Shown: piece by piece, positions 29,085 to 39,452 of the stretch | Layout of the letters: each line of letters begins with the position of its first letter | How positions within the stretch are numbered: position 1 is the stretch's first letter | NCBI GenBank assembly: GCA_002009975.1 | Contig: MTLP01000012.1 | Coordinates: 96,001-160,000 of the forward strand | Direction: 5' to 3' | Length of the DNA: 64,000 nucleotides | DNA from: Thermococcus sp. JdFR-02 | GTDB taxonomy: Archaea > Methanobacteriota_B > Thermococci > Thermococcales > Thermococcaceae | Notes under the pieces: model-generated | Seen by the model: the letters and a program-made list of their open reading frames with translations, nothing else | What the model was told of the DNA's origin: nothing | Database searches by the model: none | Program-made: the position numbers and the translations under genes

Positions 29085-30059
29085 TCACCTATAAGCTTTC
29101 TTTCCAAAGATCAGTCCAACAACAAAACCAATTGAAATTAGATTGTGAAACAGAAACATAGCAAAAGGCAATGCTAATGCATCTCTATTCTTGAAGTTGA
29201 GGCTTAATCTAATGCCTTCCATAAACAGGAGAAGCCAATACCCTAAAAACAGCCACAATAGGGGGGGTATAACAGGTAGAATTATTTCAAAACTCAAAAA
29301 TCCAACAGGGAATAACCATAAAGGTGAAAAGTAGCCTTTTCTAATAGCCATAGCTTTGACAATTCCGTAATTAAAAGTTTGTCTCAAAAAGCCTTTCCAA
29401 GTTGAGCGAGCAAAATAGTGACTCTTAATTTCTGGATTAAAGAATAGTTTGTACCCTTTTTTGTTTATTCTCAAATTGAACTCGAAGTCGTTTCCGACGA
29501 TCATATCCTCATCAAACATGCCAATTTCAATGGCTATTTTTTTGTCATAAAGTGCAAAGGCGACTGTTTTCGCAAAATGTGGCTTCTCTTCATACCAAAA
29601 TGTGCTTGCACCAGAAAGAGGAGAGGAGTAGATTAAAGCTACAAACTTGGCTAATCTGTTTTCATAGAGCTTGATTATCTTTCCCCCAACTCCTGCAAGT
29701 CTTGGCTCTCTTTTCTTAACTTCAAGAAATGTTTCAACACTTTTCCTTAAAAAATCTCTTTCAGGATAAGCATGGGCACCAAAAATTATGAATAACTCTC
29801 CATTTGCTTTCCTAATTCCTTCATTGAAGGCATAGACTTGCTTTCTTTTTGAATTGATAAAGTACTTTATCAGATCTGGATACTTTTTTTGAAACTCCTC
29901 AATGATGTTTTCTGTCTCATCTGTGCTCATTCCATTAAAAACAAGGATCTCGTACTTATCTTTTGGATAATCCTGATTAACCCACTCTTCAAGGCATTTT
30001 CTTATGTATCTTTCTTCATTATATGCTGGAATGATAACGCTCACGAAAGGGTACTCCAT
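29085..30059 (-). CDS. Glycosyltransferase family 2
   Basis: VSVIIPAYNEE, GMSTD, FDED, DFEFNLR, C-terminal TMs. Confidence 0.9.
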   Translation of the reverse strand: MEYPFVSVIIPAYNEERYIRKCLEEWVNQDYPKDKYEILVFNGMSTDETENIIEEFQKKYPDLIKYFINSKRKQVYAFNEGIRKANGELFIIFGAHAYPERDFLRKSVETFLEVKKREPRLAGVGGKIIKLYENRLAKFVALIYSSPLSGASTFWYEEKPHFAKTVAFALYDKKIAIEIGMFDEDMIVGNDFEFNLRINKKGYKLFFNPEIKSHYFARSTWKGFLRQTFNYGIVKAMAIRKGYFSPLWLFPVGFLSFEIILPVIPPLLWLFLGYWLLLFMEGIRLSLNFKNRDALALPFAMFLFHNLISIGFVVGLIFGKKAYR

Positions 30060-30119
30060 AGTTTCACCATTAACAAAGCTTATATCTAAACTTAGCACTA
30101 TAAATCCTTGGTGTTAGTA

Positions 30120-30725
30120 ATGGCTCAAAAATATTTTGTTCATCCTTTGGCTGTTGTTGAGGAGAATGTTCAAATTGGGGAAGGAACAAGAATCTGGCAC
30201 TTCGCACACGTAAGAAAAGGGGCAAAAATAGGAAAAAACTGCAACATTGGAAAAGACGTTTACATTGATGTTGATGTTGAAATAGGCAACAACGTAAAAA
30301 TCCAAAACGGAGTAAGCGTTTATCACGGAGTCAAAGTCGAAGATGATGTCTTCCTCGGACCACACATGACGTTTACAAACGACTTATACCCAAGAGCGTT
30401 CAATCAAGACTGGGAGCTAGTGCCGACACTAGTCAAAAAAGGCGCAAGCATAGGAGCGCACGCAACAATAGTCTGCGGGGTAACGATAGGCGAATACGCC
30501 ATGGTAGGTGCTGGTGCTGTTGTTACCAAGGATGTTCCGCCATTTGGCTTAGTATATGGAAATCCCGCAAGATTAAAAGGCTTTGTCTGTTACTGTGGAA
30601 GAAAGCTCAGGAAAAAAGTTGGCGAGGATGAAAATCACATCATATTCAAATGCTCTCACTGCGGAAAAGAAGTTAAAATCAGAAAAGAAGATTATGAAAA
30701 ATACTTAAAGGAGAAAGATTTGTGA
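30120..30725 (+). CDS. Hexapeptide-repeat N-acetyltransferase (WbpD/WlbB-like) with C-terminal Zn ribbon
   Basis: IGEGTRIWHF, KIQNGVSVY, FTNDLYPR, GNPAR; CYCG...CSHCG. Confidence 0.9.
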   Translation: MAQKYFVHPLAVVEENVQIGEGTRIWHFAHVRKGAKIGKNCNIGKDVYIDVDVEIGNNVKIQNGVSVYHGVKVEDDVFLGPHMTFTNDLYPRAFNQDWELVPTLVKKGASIGAHATIVCGVTIGEYAMVGAGAVVTKDVPPFGLVYGNPARLKGFVCYCGRKLRKKVGEDENHIIFKCSHCGKEVKIRKEDYEKYLKEKDL

Positions 30726-30734
30726 GGTGTTTGA

Positions 30735-31832
30735 ATGATTCCGATTGCTAAGCCTTTAATTAGTGATGAAGAGATTAACGCAGTCATTGATGTTTTAAAA
30801 AGCGGAATGCTTGCTCATGGAAAAGAAGTCGAAGCCTTTGAAAAAGAATTCGCCCAATACTTAGGAGCAAAACACGGAATAGCCGTTTGTAATGGAACAG
30901 CCGCCCTAGATGTAGCCCTAAAAGCCCTCAAAATTAAACCAGGAGACGAGGTGATAACAACACCCTTCACCTTCATGGCATCATCAAACGTTATACTATT
31001 CCAAGGAGCAAAACCCATATTTGCCGATATTGATCCAAAAACCTTCAACCTCGACCCAAACGAAGTTTTAGAAAAAATTAACGACAAAACGAAAGCCATA
31101 ATTGTAGTCCACCTTTATGGACAACCAGCAGACATGAAGGCTTTCAAAGAAATTGCCGAGGATTACAACCTCTATTTAGTTGAAGACTGCGCCCAAGCTC
31201 ATGGCGCTGAGTTTAAGGGGCAAAAAGTTGGAACCTTTGGCGACATTGCCGCATTCAGCTTCTACCCCACAAAAAACATGACCACCGGAGAAGGAGGAAT
31301 AGTTGTAACAAACAATGACGAATTAGCTGAGAGGGCTAAGCTGATTAGGAGTCATGGGCAGACGAAGAAGTATTTGCAGGAGGAGCTCGGCTATAATTTG
31401 AGGATGACAAACATTGCTGCAGCCATTGGTAGGGTTCAGTTGAAAAAGCTTGATGAGTGGAATGCCAAGAGGATTGAGAACGCTAAATTGCTAACTGAGG
31501 GGATAAGCAAGATTAAAGGCTTAACTCCGCCCTATGTTGATCCTCGTGTGAAGCACGTTTTCCATCAATACGTGATTAGGGTTGAGGATGATTTTTCGCT
31601 GAGTAGGGATGAGCTCATGGAGAGGCTTAGGGAAAGGGGGATTGGAACTGCTGTTCATTACCCGATTCCAGTTCATCATCAGCCTTTCTATCAAAAGCTT
31701 GGCTATCCTAAGGATATTTGTCCGAATGCTATTGAGGCTTCAAAGAAAGTGCTAAGCCTGCCAGTTCATCCAGCTGTAAGCAGAGAAGACATTGATTATA
31801 TAATTCAAACTCTTAGGGAGTTTTCCTCTTGA
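30735..31832 (+). CDS. DegT/DnrJ/EryC1/StrS aminotransferase (WbpE-like)
   Basis: NGTAAL, VHLYGQ, EDCAQAHG, SFYPTKNMTTGEGG. Confidence 0.93.
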   Translation: MIPIAKPLISDEEINAVIDVLKSGMLAHGKEVEAFEKEFAQYLGAKHGIAVCNGTAALDVALKALKIKPGDEVITTPFTFMASSNVILFQGAKPIFADIDPKTFNLDPNEVLEKINDKTKAIIVVHLYGQPADMKAFKEIAEDYNLYLVEDCAQAHGAEFKGQKVGTFGDIAAFSFYPTKNMTTGEGGIVVTNNDELAERAKLIRSHGQTKKYLQEELGYNLRMTNIAAAIGRVQLKKLDEWNAKRIENAKLLTEGISKIKGLTPPYVDPRVKHVFHQYVIRVEDDFSLSRDELMERLRERGIGTAVHYPIPVHHQPFYQKLGYPKDICPNAIEASKKVLSLPVHPAVSREDIDYIIQTLREFSS

Positions 31833-31855
31833 TTTAAATTTTCAAGGTGGTCAAA

Positions 31856-32809
31856 ATGCTTCGTGTTGGAGTTGTTGGTGTTGGCAACATGGGTTTTCAT
31901 CATGCGAGGATTTATAGTGAGTTGGCTAGGGAGAGGAGAGTTGAGTTCGTTGGGGTTGCTGATGCTAATTTTGAGCGTGCAAGAGAGGTTGCTAAGCAGT
32001 TTGGCACTAGGGCTTTTGGTGATTATAGGGAGTTGGCTGAAGAGGATTTGGATGCAGTTAGTATTGCTGTGCCGACTTCTCTTCACAGGCAAGTTGCCTT
32101 AGAGTTCATTGAGCGTGGGGTTAGTGTTTTGGTTGAGAAGCCTATAGCAGAGAGCATTGAGAGTGCTGAAGAGATTATTAGTGCTGCAAAGAAGAATAAC
32201 GTCATCATAATGGTCGGACACGTTGAAAGATTCAACCCTGCAGTACTAAAATTGAAGGAGACAATTAAGCAAGGAATGCTTGGTGAAATAGTCACGATGA
32301 ATGCTAAAAGAGTGGGTCCAATGGTTGTAAGGATTAGGGATGTTGGAGTTATAATTGATTTGGCAGTTCATGATATTGACGTAATGAGCTTTTTATCTGA
32401 TTCTAGGGTTAGAGAGATTTATGCAAAGGCAAGGAACGTTAAGCATCCTGCCAATGTTGAAGATTATGCATTGATAATGCTAACTTTTGAAAATGAGATT
32501 AGTGGAATTATAGAAACCAACAGATTAACTCCACATAAAACGAGAACTTTGAATATAGTTGGCACGGAGGGTATAGCATATTTGGATTATATTAGCCAGA
32601 ATTTGGTGATTTATGATGATAAGTGGGTTAAGGAGGCTAAGATTGAGAGGAGAGAACCTCTGAGGAATGAGCTTGAGCATTTTATTGAATGTGTGAGAGA
32701 AGAGAGAAAGCCACTAGTTTCGGGAGAAGAAGGGCTTCACGCCTTAAAAGTCGCTGTTAAAGCCTTAGAGAGTGCATTAGAAGATAAGATAGTAAAATTA
32801 GGTGAGTAA
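31856..32809 (+). CDS. Gfo/Idh/MocA oxidoreductase (WbpB/WlbA-like 3-dehydrogenase)
   Basis: [27 protein letters not shown]. Confidence 0.9.
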   Translation: MLRVGVVGVGNMGFHHARIYSELARERRVEFVGVADANFERAREVAKQFGTRAFGDYRELAEEDLDAVSIAVPTSLHRQVALEFIERGVSVLVEKPIAESIESAEEIISAAKKNNVIIMVGHVERFNPAVLKLKETIKQGMLGEIVTMNAKRVGPMVVRIRDVGVIIDLAVHDIDVMSFLSDSRVREIYAKARNVKHPANVEDYALIMLTFENEISGIIETNRLTPHKTRTLNIVGTEGIAYLDYISQNLVIYDDKWVKEAKIERREPLRNELEHFIECVREERKPLVSGEEGLHALKVAVKALESALEDKIVKLGE

Positions 32810-32810
32810 T

Positions 32811-34160
32811 ATGAAGCTTATTGGTTTGAGTAGGGAAGAGGTTAAGAGAGCTATTAGGAATGGTGAAGTAACTATTGCTGTTTATGGTTTGGGGAAGATG
32901 GGTCTTCCCTTGGCAGCAGTTCTCGCCAATCACGGAGCAAAAGTAATCGGCGTAGACATCAACAAGAAAGTTGTTGAGATGATAAATAACGGAGAAAACC
33001 ACATTAACGAAGAACCAGGTTTATCTGAATTAGTCAAGAAAAATGTTGAAGGGGGACGATTAAAGGCTACAACTGACGGCATTTGGGCAGCAAAACAAGC
33101 TGATGTAATGATCATCATAGTCCCAACCCTAACAGACGAACGCGGCAACCTAAAACTCGACCCAGTTTACAACGTTGCCGAGAAAATCTCCCAAGGCTTA
33201 GAAAAAGGCGACATCATAATCACAGAAGCAACAATGCCCCCAGGAACAACAGAAAGCCTAACCCCAATCCTCGAAAAAAGCGGACTAAAACTCGGCGAAT
33301 TCGGCCTAGCTCACGCTCCGGAAAGAACAATGACTGGAACTGCAATTAGAGACATTACCGGGCAGTATCCTAAAATAGTTGGAGCGAGTGATAAGAAAAC
33401 CTTGGAAGCGGTAATTGGGATTTACGGGACTATTAACAAGAAGGGTGTTATCCCGGTGAGTTCAATAAAGGCAGCTGAGGCTGTAAAAGTCTTTGAGGGT
33501 GTTTACAGGGATGTGAACATTGCTTTAGCCAATGAGTTAGCCTTGTGGTGCGAGGAGCACGGCTTGGATGCTCTGGAAGTTTTTAAAGCAGCGAACACTC
33601 AACCTTATTGTCACCTGCACATGCCTGGCGCTGGTGTTGGCGGGCATTGTATTCCGATTTATCCTTGGTTTGTGATTAATTTGGCTAAAAAGACTAATCC
33701 AAGGTTAATTAAGACTGCCAGAGAGATTAATGATTCGATGCCTCATCATATTGTCGAGTTGACTATTAAAGGCTTGAATAAAGTTGGGAGATCGTTAAGA
33801 GGCAGTAATGTCCTTGTGCTTGGGCTTACGTTTAGGGGTGGTGTTAGGGAGTTTATGAGGAGTCCTGCAATTTCAATAATCAAAGAGCTCAAAGAGTGGG
33901 GTGCTAAAGTTTTTGCTTATGATCCGTTGTGTGATGAGAATGATGCTAAGCGTTTTGGTGCTGAGTGGAGGGAGGACTTCAAGGACATTGATGCAATAAT
34001 TATAGTAACTGATCATAGGGAGTTTAGGGGGTTGGATTTGGATGAGATTGCTAGACAAGTTAGGAATAGAGTCATAATCGATGGAAGAAACGTGATTGAC
34101 CCAAAAATTGCAAAAGAAAAAGGATTCATATATCTAGCAGTTGGCAGAACTAATATGTGA
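32811..34160 (+). CDS. Nucleotide-sugar 6-dehydrogenase (WbpA/WecC-like)
   Basis: GLGKMGLP, PGTTE, PER, RDVNIALANE, GVGGHCIP, DGRN. Confidence 0.92.
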   Translation: MKLIGLSREEVKRAIRNGEVTIAVYGLGKMGLPLAAVLANHGAKVIGVDINKKVVEMINNGENHINEEPGLSELVKKNVEGGRLKATTDGIWAAKQADVMIIIVPTLTDERGNLKLDPVYNVAEKISQGLEKGDIIITEATMPPGTTESLTPILEKSGLKLGEFGLAHAPERTMTGTAIRDITGQYPKIVGASDKKTLEAVIGIYGTINKKGVIPVSSIKAAEAVKVFEGVYRDVNIALANELALWCEEHGLDALEVFKAANTQPYCHLHMPGAGVGGHCIPIYPWFVINLAKKTNPRLIKTAREINDSMPHHIVELTIKGLNKVGRSLRGSNVLVLGLTFRGGVREFMRSPAISIIKELKEWGAKVFAYDPLCDENDAKRFGAEWREDFKDIDAIIIVTDHREFRGLDLDEIARQVRNRVIIDGRNVIDPKIAKEKGFIYLAVGRTNM

Positions 34161-34220
34161 GTACTTTTCCCTTAACCTTATAAACACACTCAAACATTAA
34201 ACCTAAAGGGGTGTAATAAA

Positions 34221-35351
34221 ATGAACTTAACTTTCATCCTCATGATCATTCTTGGATTTTGGTCAGTCCTTTATCTTGCCTTTGGAAAAAAGAGTGAGGA
34301 GAAAGATGAAGGGCTGCAAATAGATTTGTTTATAGCAATGTGGAGAACCAAAAGGCTTCTTGGTTTTATTGATAGTATAGCCAATAAATATAAGCGCTTT
34401 TGGAGGGTTTATGCAACTTTGGGAATCTTTGTGGGCTATGCTGGGATGCTTTTTGTGTTTTACATGCTTATAAAATCTGCATTAATTGCTGTAAAGGCTA
34501 AGGCTCAAGTTGCTGGAGTTCAATTGGTTATTCCTGGTGTTACGATCCCTCTTTGGTATGGAATAATTGGTTTGATTGTTGTTATGTTCGTTCACGAACT
34601 TAGTCATGGGTTTGTTGCAAGGGCAGAGAATTTACCTTTAAAGTCTGTTGGGCTATTGCTTTTTGTTGTAATCCCTGGTGCCTTTGTTGAACCAGATGAG
34701 GAAAACCTAAAGAAGGCATCTTTAATAAGCCGTTTAAGAGTTTATGCCGCTGGTTCAATGGCTAATTTACTCACAGCGTTTATTGCAATGCTTTTGCTAA
34801 GCTTCGTCTTAACTCCCGTACTTCAATATTCTGGAGTAGAGGTTGCAAAGTTAGATACGGTGGGACCTGCTAAGGATTATCTCAAAGTGGGCGATGTTAT
34901 AGTTGGTATTGATGGTGAGAAAATTGCTACTATAGAAGATTTCCTTAACTTCATGAACAAAACCCATGCAGGACAGGTTATAACCCTTGAAGTCATTAGG
35001 GAAGGTAAGAGAGTACTTCTTGACGTTCCCCTTGGGGATAATCCAAATAAGCCTGGAAAAGGTTATCTTGGTGTTTATCCAACGCAAAATCTAAAGTCGA
35101 AAATAGGTTTTGACAACATTGTCCTGCCCACAGCTTTCTCTTTGTATTGGATCTACGTTTTAAACTTTGGTATTGGTTTAATGAATCTATTTCCATTAAT
35201 TCCCCTAGATGGTGGAAGAATGCTGGATGATGTGTTTAAAGAATATCTGCCGCAAAAACTTGCAAGGGCTTTAAGCTTTGCGTTTATTGGAGTTGGAGTT
35301 CTTCTTTTGGCTATAAATCTCATTCCAGCCTTAAGGAGTCTAATTGGGTGA
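34221..35351 (+). CDS. Site-2 protease (M50) with PDZ domain
   Basis: HELSH, GAFVEPD, AAGSMAN, NLFPLIPLDGG. Confidence 0.93.
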   Translation: MNLTFILMIILGFWSVLYLAFGKKSEEKDEGLQIDLFIAMWRTKRLLGFIDSIANKYKRFWRVYATLGIFVGYAGMLFVFYMLIKSALIAVKAKAQVAGVQLVIPGVTIPLWYGIIGLIVVMFVHELSHGFVARAENLPLKSVGLLLFVVIPGAFVEPDEENLKKASLISRLRVYAAGSMANLLTAFIAMLLLSFVLTPVLQYSGVEVAKLDTVGPAKDYLKVGDVIVGIDGEKIATIEDFLNFMNKTHAGQVITLEVIREGKRVLLDVPLGDNPNKPGKGYLGVYPTQNLKSKIGFDNIVLPTAFSLYWIYVLNFGIGLMNLFPLIPLDGGRMLDDVFKEYLPQKLARALSFAFIGVGVLLLAINLIPALRSLIG

Positions 35352-35355
35352 TAAA

Positions 35356-35880
35356 ATGTTGCAAATAGCAATAGCAGGTTCAAGCGATAAAAATCCCCTT
35401 CCAAAAGCAGTTAAAAAAGCTAAGGAATTTGCAAGGGAGTTAGCTAAATATAAAAATGAAATAATTCTTTTAACAGGAGGAAGAGAAGGAATAATGAAAA
35501 TCGTGAGCGAGGAATTTTCAAAAGAAGGGGGAATTGTTGTTGGGATTTTGCCAGAAAGGCAGGAGGGGAATGAATTTAACACAATAAGAATAAAAACTGG
35601 GATGGATTTTGCAGAAAGAAGTGCTATAATGATAAATTCTGCTGATGTGTTGGTTGTTCTTGGTGGGGGAATTGGAACTATGGTTGAGGCTTTAATGGCT
35701 TATGATTATGGAATTCCTTTGGTGATTTTAACGGAAACTGGATATAGAAGCGATAAACTTGAATTTCTGGCTGAAGATGGTTATTTTGATCATAAAAAAT
35801 TAGTAAGGATTTATTTTACAGAAGATCCAAAGGAAGCAGTTAATCTTGCTTTAAAACTTGCCAAAAATAGGAAGTCATGA
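35356..35880 (+). CDS. LOG/SLOG-fold Rossmann nucleotide-binding protein (TIGR00725-like)
   Basis: TGGREGIM, VVGILP, TGMDFAERS, GGGIGT. Confidence 0.85.
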   Translation: MLQIAIAGSSDKNPLPKAVKKAKEFARELAKYKNEIILLTGGREGIMKIVSEEFSKEGGIVVGILPERQEGNEFNTIRIKTGMDFAERSAIMINSADVLVVLGGGIGTMVEALMAYDYGIPLVILTETGYRSDKLEFLAEDGYFDHKKLVRIYFTEDPKEAVNLALKLAKNRKS

Positions 35881-36612
35881 AATTCCTATGTTCCCTCCTT
35901 TTAATCTAAATCTGTAGACTTTAGGCTCAAAATTTGGTAAGGGTGATTTTCTTACGATCATTTTTTCTATGTCAGAACTTTCAGAGGATTGAAATTCTAT
36001 GATATATTGACTGTAGAGAGCAAGCCATGAGATGAACCTCTTTGAGACTCTATCTTTATTTAAGAGCAAGATGTTTAGTGGTCTCTTTCTTGTTTCAGTC
36101 ATACGTGCAGCTTCTTTTAGTGCAAGAAGTCTCTGCATTACTTTTATAACATTCCTTTCACCCAAGAGGAATGCCAAACCATCCATAGTTATGGAAACCC
36201 CAACAGGTCTCCTATCTCTTATCAGTTCATTTAACATTCTCCTATAAAGCTGAGAATATTTCGGTAAGTATGTGGAGATATCCATATCTCTCGCAGTATA
36301 TACATATGGCAACTCATATTCTAGCTGGTTAAATGACTCAAATATACCAATTATTCCTAAATCGCCTTTTTTACCTTCTTTATATACATCAAAGCCTGTG
36401 GATTTAATTTCCATCGCTAATGGTGATAATGGCAAAACTGTATTTATTATAACACCAAAGTCTCCCTCTTTAATTCTGTTCTCCAATATTTTCACGCCCA
36501 ATGACCAACCAAAGGAATAGGTATCATAGATTATCAGCATAATGCTGTCCTCTAGAAACCCACCACCTATCGCTTTGTCAAGCTTTTCAATCCCGGTAGT
36601 TAAAAGCTTCAC
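35875..36612 (-). CDS. RAD55/KaiC-like ATPase-fold protein with degenerate Walker A
   Basis: TTGIEKLDKAIGGG N-term; YDTYSFGW where GxxGxGK[ST] is expected. Confidence 0.8.
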   Translation of the reverse strand: MKLLTTGIEKLDKAIGGGFLEDSIMLIIYDTYSFGWSLGVKILENRIKEGDFGVIINTVLPLSPLAMEIKSTGFDVYKEGKKGDLGIIGIFESFNQLEYELPYVYTARDMDISTYLPKYSQLYRRMLNELIRDRRPVGVSITMDGLAFLLGERNVIKVMQRLLALKEAARMTETRKRPLNILLLNKDRVSKRFISWLALYSQYIIEFQSSESSDIEKMIVRKSPLPNFEPKVYRFRLKGGNIGIS

Positions 36613-36750
36613 AACAACACCTCCATGTAAAGAATGTTGCGTAATTCATAAAAAAGTTTTCTGCGTTAATTTTGAATATATTGAATATTTTACAATTTGT
36701 AAACCTAAATCCTTTTAAAATTTAAATCTCTTTGAAGTTTGGGTGAGTTC

Positions 36751-37716
36751 ATGAAGTGTTCAATTTGTGGGAGGGATGCAGTTTATTATGCAAAATATGA
36801 AGGTCGCTTTTATTGTCACAAGCATTTTAACGAGTTAGTTGAGAAAAAAGTAAAGCAAACAATTAGAAAGTATCATCTAATTAAAAGAGGGGAGAAAATA
36901 GCAGTTGGTGTTAGTGGAGGAAAAGATAGTGTTGTTTTGCTCCATCTGTTGCATAAGCTAAGTAGAAAGTTTCCATTTGAGATTATAGCTATAACCATTG
37001 ACGAAGGAATTTCAGGTTATAGACCACCAAGCGTTGAAATAGCAAAGAAGAATGCAGAACTTTTGGGGATTGAGCATAGGGTTTATTCATTTAAAGAATA
37101 CATTGGCTTCACTTTAGATGAGACTGTCCAAATAATGGGTGACTTTGAGAAGGGTGAAAGGGTTGGAGCTTGTTCTTATTGTGGGGTTTGGAGAAGATGG
37201 CTCTTAAATTATGCCTCGCAAGATGTTGGTGCTGATAAATTAGCGGTTGGGCATAACTTGGATGATGAAGTCCAAATGTTTTTGATGAACATACTGAGAG
37301 GGGATGTCGCTCGTTTAGGAAGGACAGGTCCCTATTACGAGATAATCCACGAAGATTTAGTTCCAAGAATTAAGCCTTTAAGAGAGATCCCTGAAAAGGA
37401 AATCGTTCTTTACGCAATTTTAAACAACATTGAAGCTGATTTTAGTGAATGTCCCTATGCAGTTGAAGCTTTTAGAGCCGAGATTAGGGATTGGTTAAAT
37501 GAAATGGAAGAAAAGCACCCTGGAACTAAATATCAAATATTGAGGAGCTATGACAAGATGTTCCCGCTATTAGCAAAAACCTATGCAAAAAGAGACTTGG
37601 GAAGGTGCAAAATCTGCGGTCAGCCAACAACTGGGGAAATCTGTAAAGCTTGTAATTTTAAGCTTCAAGTTCATGAAAAAGCAAAAAAGTTAGGCTTAAC
37701 TTTTAGAATAGAATAA
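36751..37716 (+). CDS. ttuA: tRNA 2-thiolation enzyme (TtuA/Ncs6 family)
   Basis: CSIC..CHKH Zn finger, PP-loop SGGKDS, CSYC, GHNLDD, CPY, C-terminal CKIC..CKAC. Confidence 0.9.
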   Translation: MKCSICGRDAVYYAKYEGRFYCHKHFNELVEKKVKQTIRKYHLIKRGEKIAVGVSGGKDSVVLLHLLHKLSRKFPFEIIAITIDEGISGYRPPSVEIAKKNAELLGIEHRVYSFKEYIGFTLDETVQIMGDFEKGERVGACSYCGVWRRWLLNYASQDVGADKLAVGHNLDDEVQMFLMNILRGDVARLGRTGPYYEIIHEDLVPRIKPLREIPEKEIVLYAILNNIEADFSECPYAVEAFRAEIRDWLNEMEEKHPGTKYQILRSYDKMFPLLAKTYAKRDLGRCKICGQPTTGEICKACNFKLQVHEKAKKLGLTFRIE

Positions 37717-38734
37717 ATCCCTTATCTTTAATAAATTCTCCATAAATAGGTATTTTAGTTCCACATCTTGGGCATTTCTTATCTTTCGTTAAGTTCCACT
37801 CTATAACCCTATGGTTTGCTCTAATTATCAGTGTTTTACCGCATTTGGGACAATGAGTGCTTTCATGCTTTATTGAACCAATGTTGCCAATATAAACGTA
37901 ATTTATGTTGTATTCTCTTTGTGCAATTTCCTTTAGTTCCAAAAGCTTATCCACGGAAGTAGCTTTTTCTTTCCAGCGGAACATAGGGTAATAGCGGTTT
38001 ATGTGTAGGGGAACCTCTTCACCAAGCATTTCTGAATGCTGCTTGAATATCCATTTATAGCATTCTTCAAAATCGTTAGTGTTTGTAATTACTAAGTAGA
38101 TCATTTCAACATGAGCATTTAAGTCTAGGGCTTTTCTTGCGTTCCTAAAGACTTTTTTGTGATCAATTGTCCCTAATGCTCTCTTCATTTCTGGACAACC
38201 TTTTATATCAATGCTGAATCCACTAACCCCGCTCTCTACAAGCTCTTCCAACGCTTTTAATGTGAAATAGCCGTTTGTTACCATAGTTCCATAAAGACCC
38301 TTTTCCTTTCCTAAAGAGAATACATCTAGCAGATAAGTAAATAATGTGGTTGGCTCATTGAAGCTTGCACATAAGCCTTCATCTCTATTTTTTAGGGCTA
38401 AATTGACAAGATATTCTGGAGAAATTGTGGGAATTTCTTCTTTTGGCTCTGAAAAGCTTAAATGATAATTTTGGCACCAAGGACAATAAAAGTTGCATCC
38501 AAACCCAGAGAAGGTTAAAGCTGTGCTGTTTGGATAGTAATGAAAGAGAGGCTTTATTTCAATCGGTCTGTTCTCAATTGCACTCAGCTTTCCATAACCA
38601 ATGTGAATTAGCTTTCCTTCAATGTTTGCATAGTTTTTGCACATTCCTTTCTTGCCTTCTTCAATTAAGCATCTCCTCTCACAAACTGAGCATCTAATTT
38701 TGCTATCTTTAATTTCATAAAGATTCTCTTCCAT
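37703..38734 (-). CDS. Radical SAM enzyme (AmmeMemoRadiSam/PflA-like)
   Basis: CSVCERRC N-term, RPIEIKPLFHYYP, CNFYCPWC, NEPT, C-terminal CPKC..CPRC. Confidence 0.9.
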   Translation of the reverse strand: MEENLYEIKDSKIRCSVCERRCLIEEGKKGMCKNYANIEGKLIHIGYGKLSAIENRPIEIKPLFHYYPNSTALTFSGFGCNFYCPWCQNYHLSFSEPKEEIPTISPEYLVNLALKNRDEGLCASFNEPTTLFTYLLDVFSLGKEKGLYGTMVTNGYFTLKALEELVESGVSGFSIDIKGCPEMKRALGTIDHKKVFRNARKALDLNAHVEMIYLVITNTNDFEECYKWIFKQHSEMLGEEVPLHINRYYPMFRWKEKATSVDKLLELKEIAQREYNINYVYIGNIGSIKHESTHCPKCGKTLIIRANHRVIEWNLTKDKKCPRCGTKIPIYGEFIKDKGFILF

Positions 38735-38836
38735 CAAACTTTCTTAGGGGACTTTTTGGCTTAAAGTTTTCTCTGAATTTCAGAAAATCTTTTCTTTTTA
38801 AATAGCATAAGATTTTAAGTGACTATAGGTGAGAAC

Positions 38837-39448
38837 ATGGAAGAGCTTAAAGAGGTTTTGGAGAGGGTTGAAGAGAAACTTATAGCAGCTGGGAAAATAT
38901 ACTCGGCACTGCAGTTTCAAGTTTGGGTCGTCATAATGACCCTTTATTACCTAATCATTGGACCACTCAAAACAATCCCTTGGCAACTTACAGCAATCTA
39001 TTGGATACTTGCCTTTGCAGTCTTTGCCTATTTCACAAGCCTGATCTGGAAAAGACTTAGCATGCTTTATCTTGCATCTGATAAAACCCTTAAAACATCA
39101 CAAGCCTTTGGAGCTTCAATAGCGCTCTCATGGATAGTTGGCGCGATTGTTGGGTGGACCCTTATTCCTAAATACCTCCCATTTGACATTTCCCCGCAAA
39201 GCAAACTTGCAGTGGGATACTTAACTTTCATAAGTTTGGCAGTCTTTGGAATGTTTATAACTTTCATGCATTTTGCAAAAAAAGTAGAGAAGGAAATGAT
39301 CCCAGCATTTTTAGTTCCAGCATTAGCTATCCCTATAATCCCAAAGATAGCAGTAGGTACTATGGCTTATGCAGGTTTTGCGGTTGCTTTGGGCTTTGCT
39401 TTAACAGTTTTAGCCTATATTTACAATGCCTTCAAAACCCTCGGGTGA
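38837..39448 (+). CDS. Multi-pass membrane protein, hypothetical
   Basis: About six TM segments; ATG 38837 behind GGTGA. Confidence 0.75.
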   Translation: MEELKEVLERVEEKLIAAGKIYSALQFQVWVVIMTLYYLIIGPLKTIPWQLTAIYWILAFAVFAYFTSLIWKRLSMLYLASDKTLKTSQAFGASIALSWIVGAIVGWTLIPKYLPFDISPQSKLAVGYLTFISLAVFGMFITFMHFAKKVEKEMIPAFLVPALAIPIIPKIAVGTMAYAGFAVALGFALTVLAYIYNAFKTLG

Positions 39449-39452
39449 GTAT

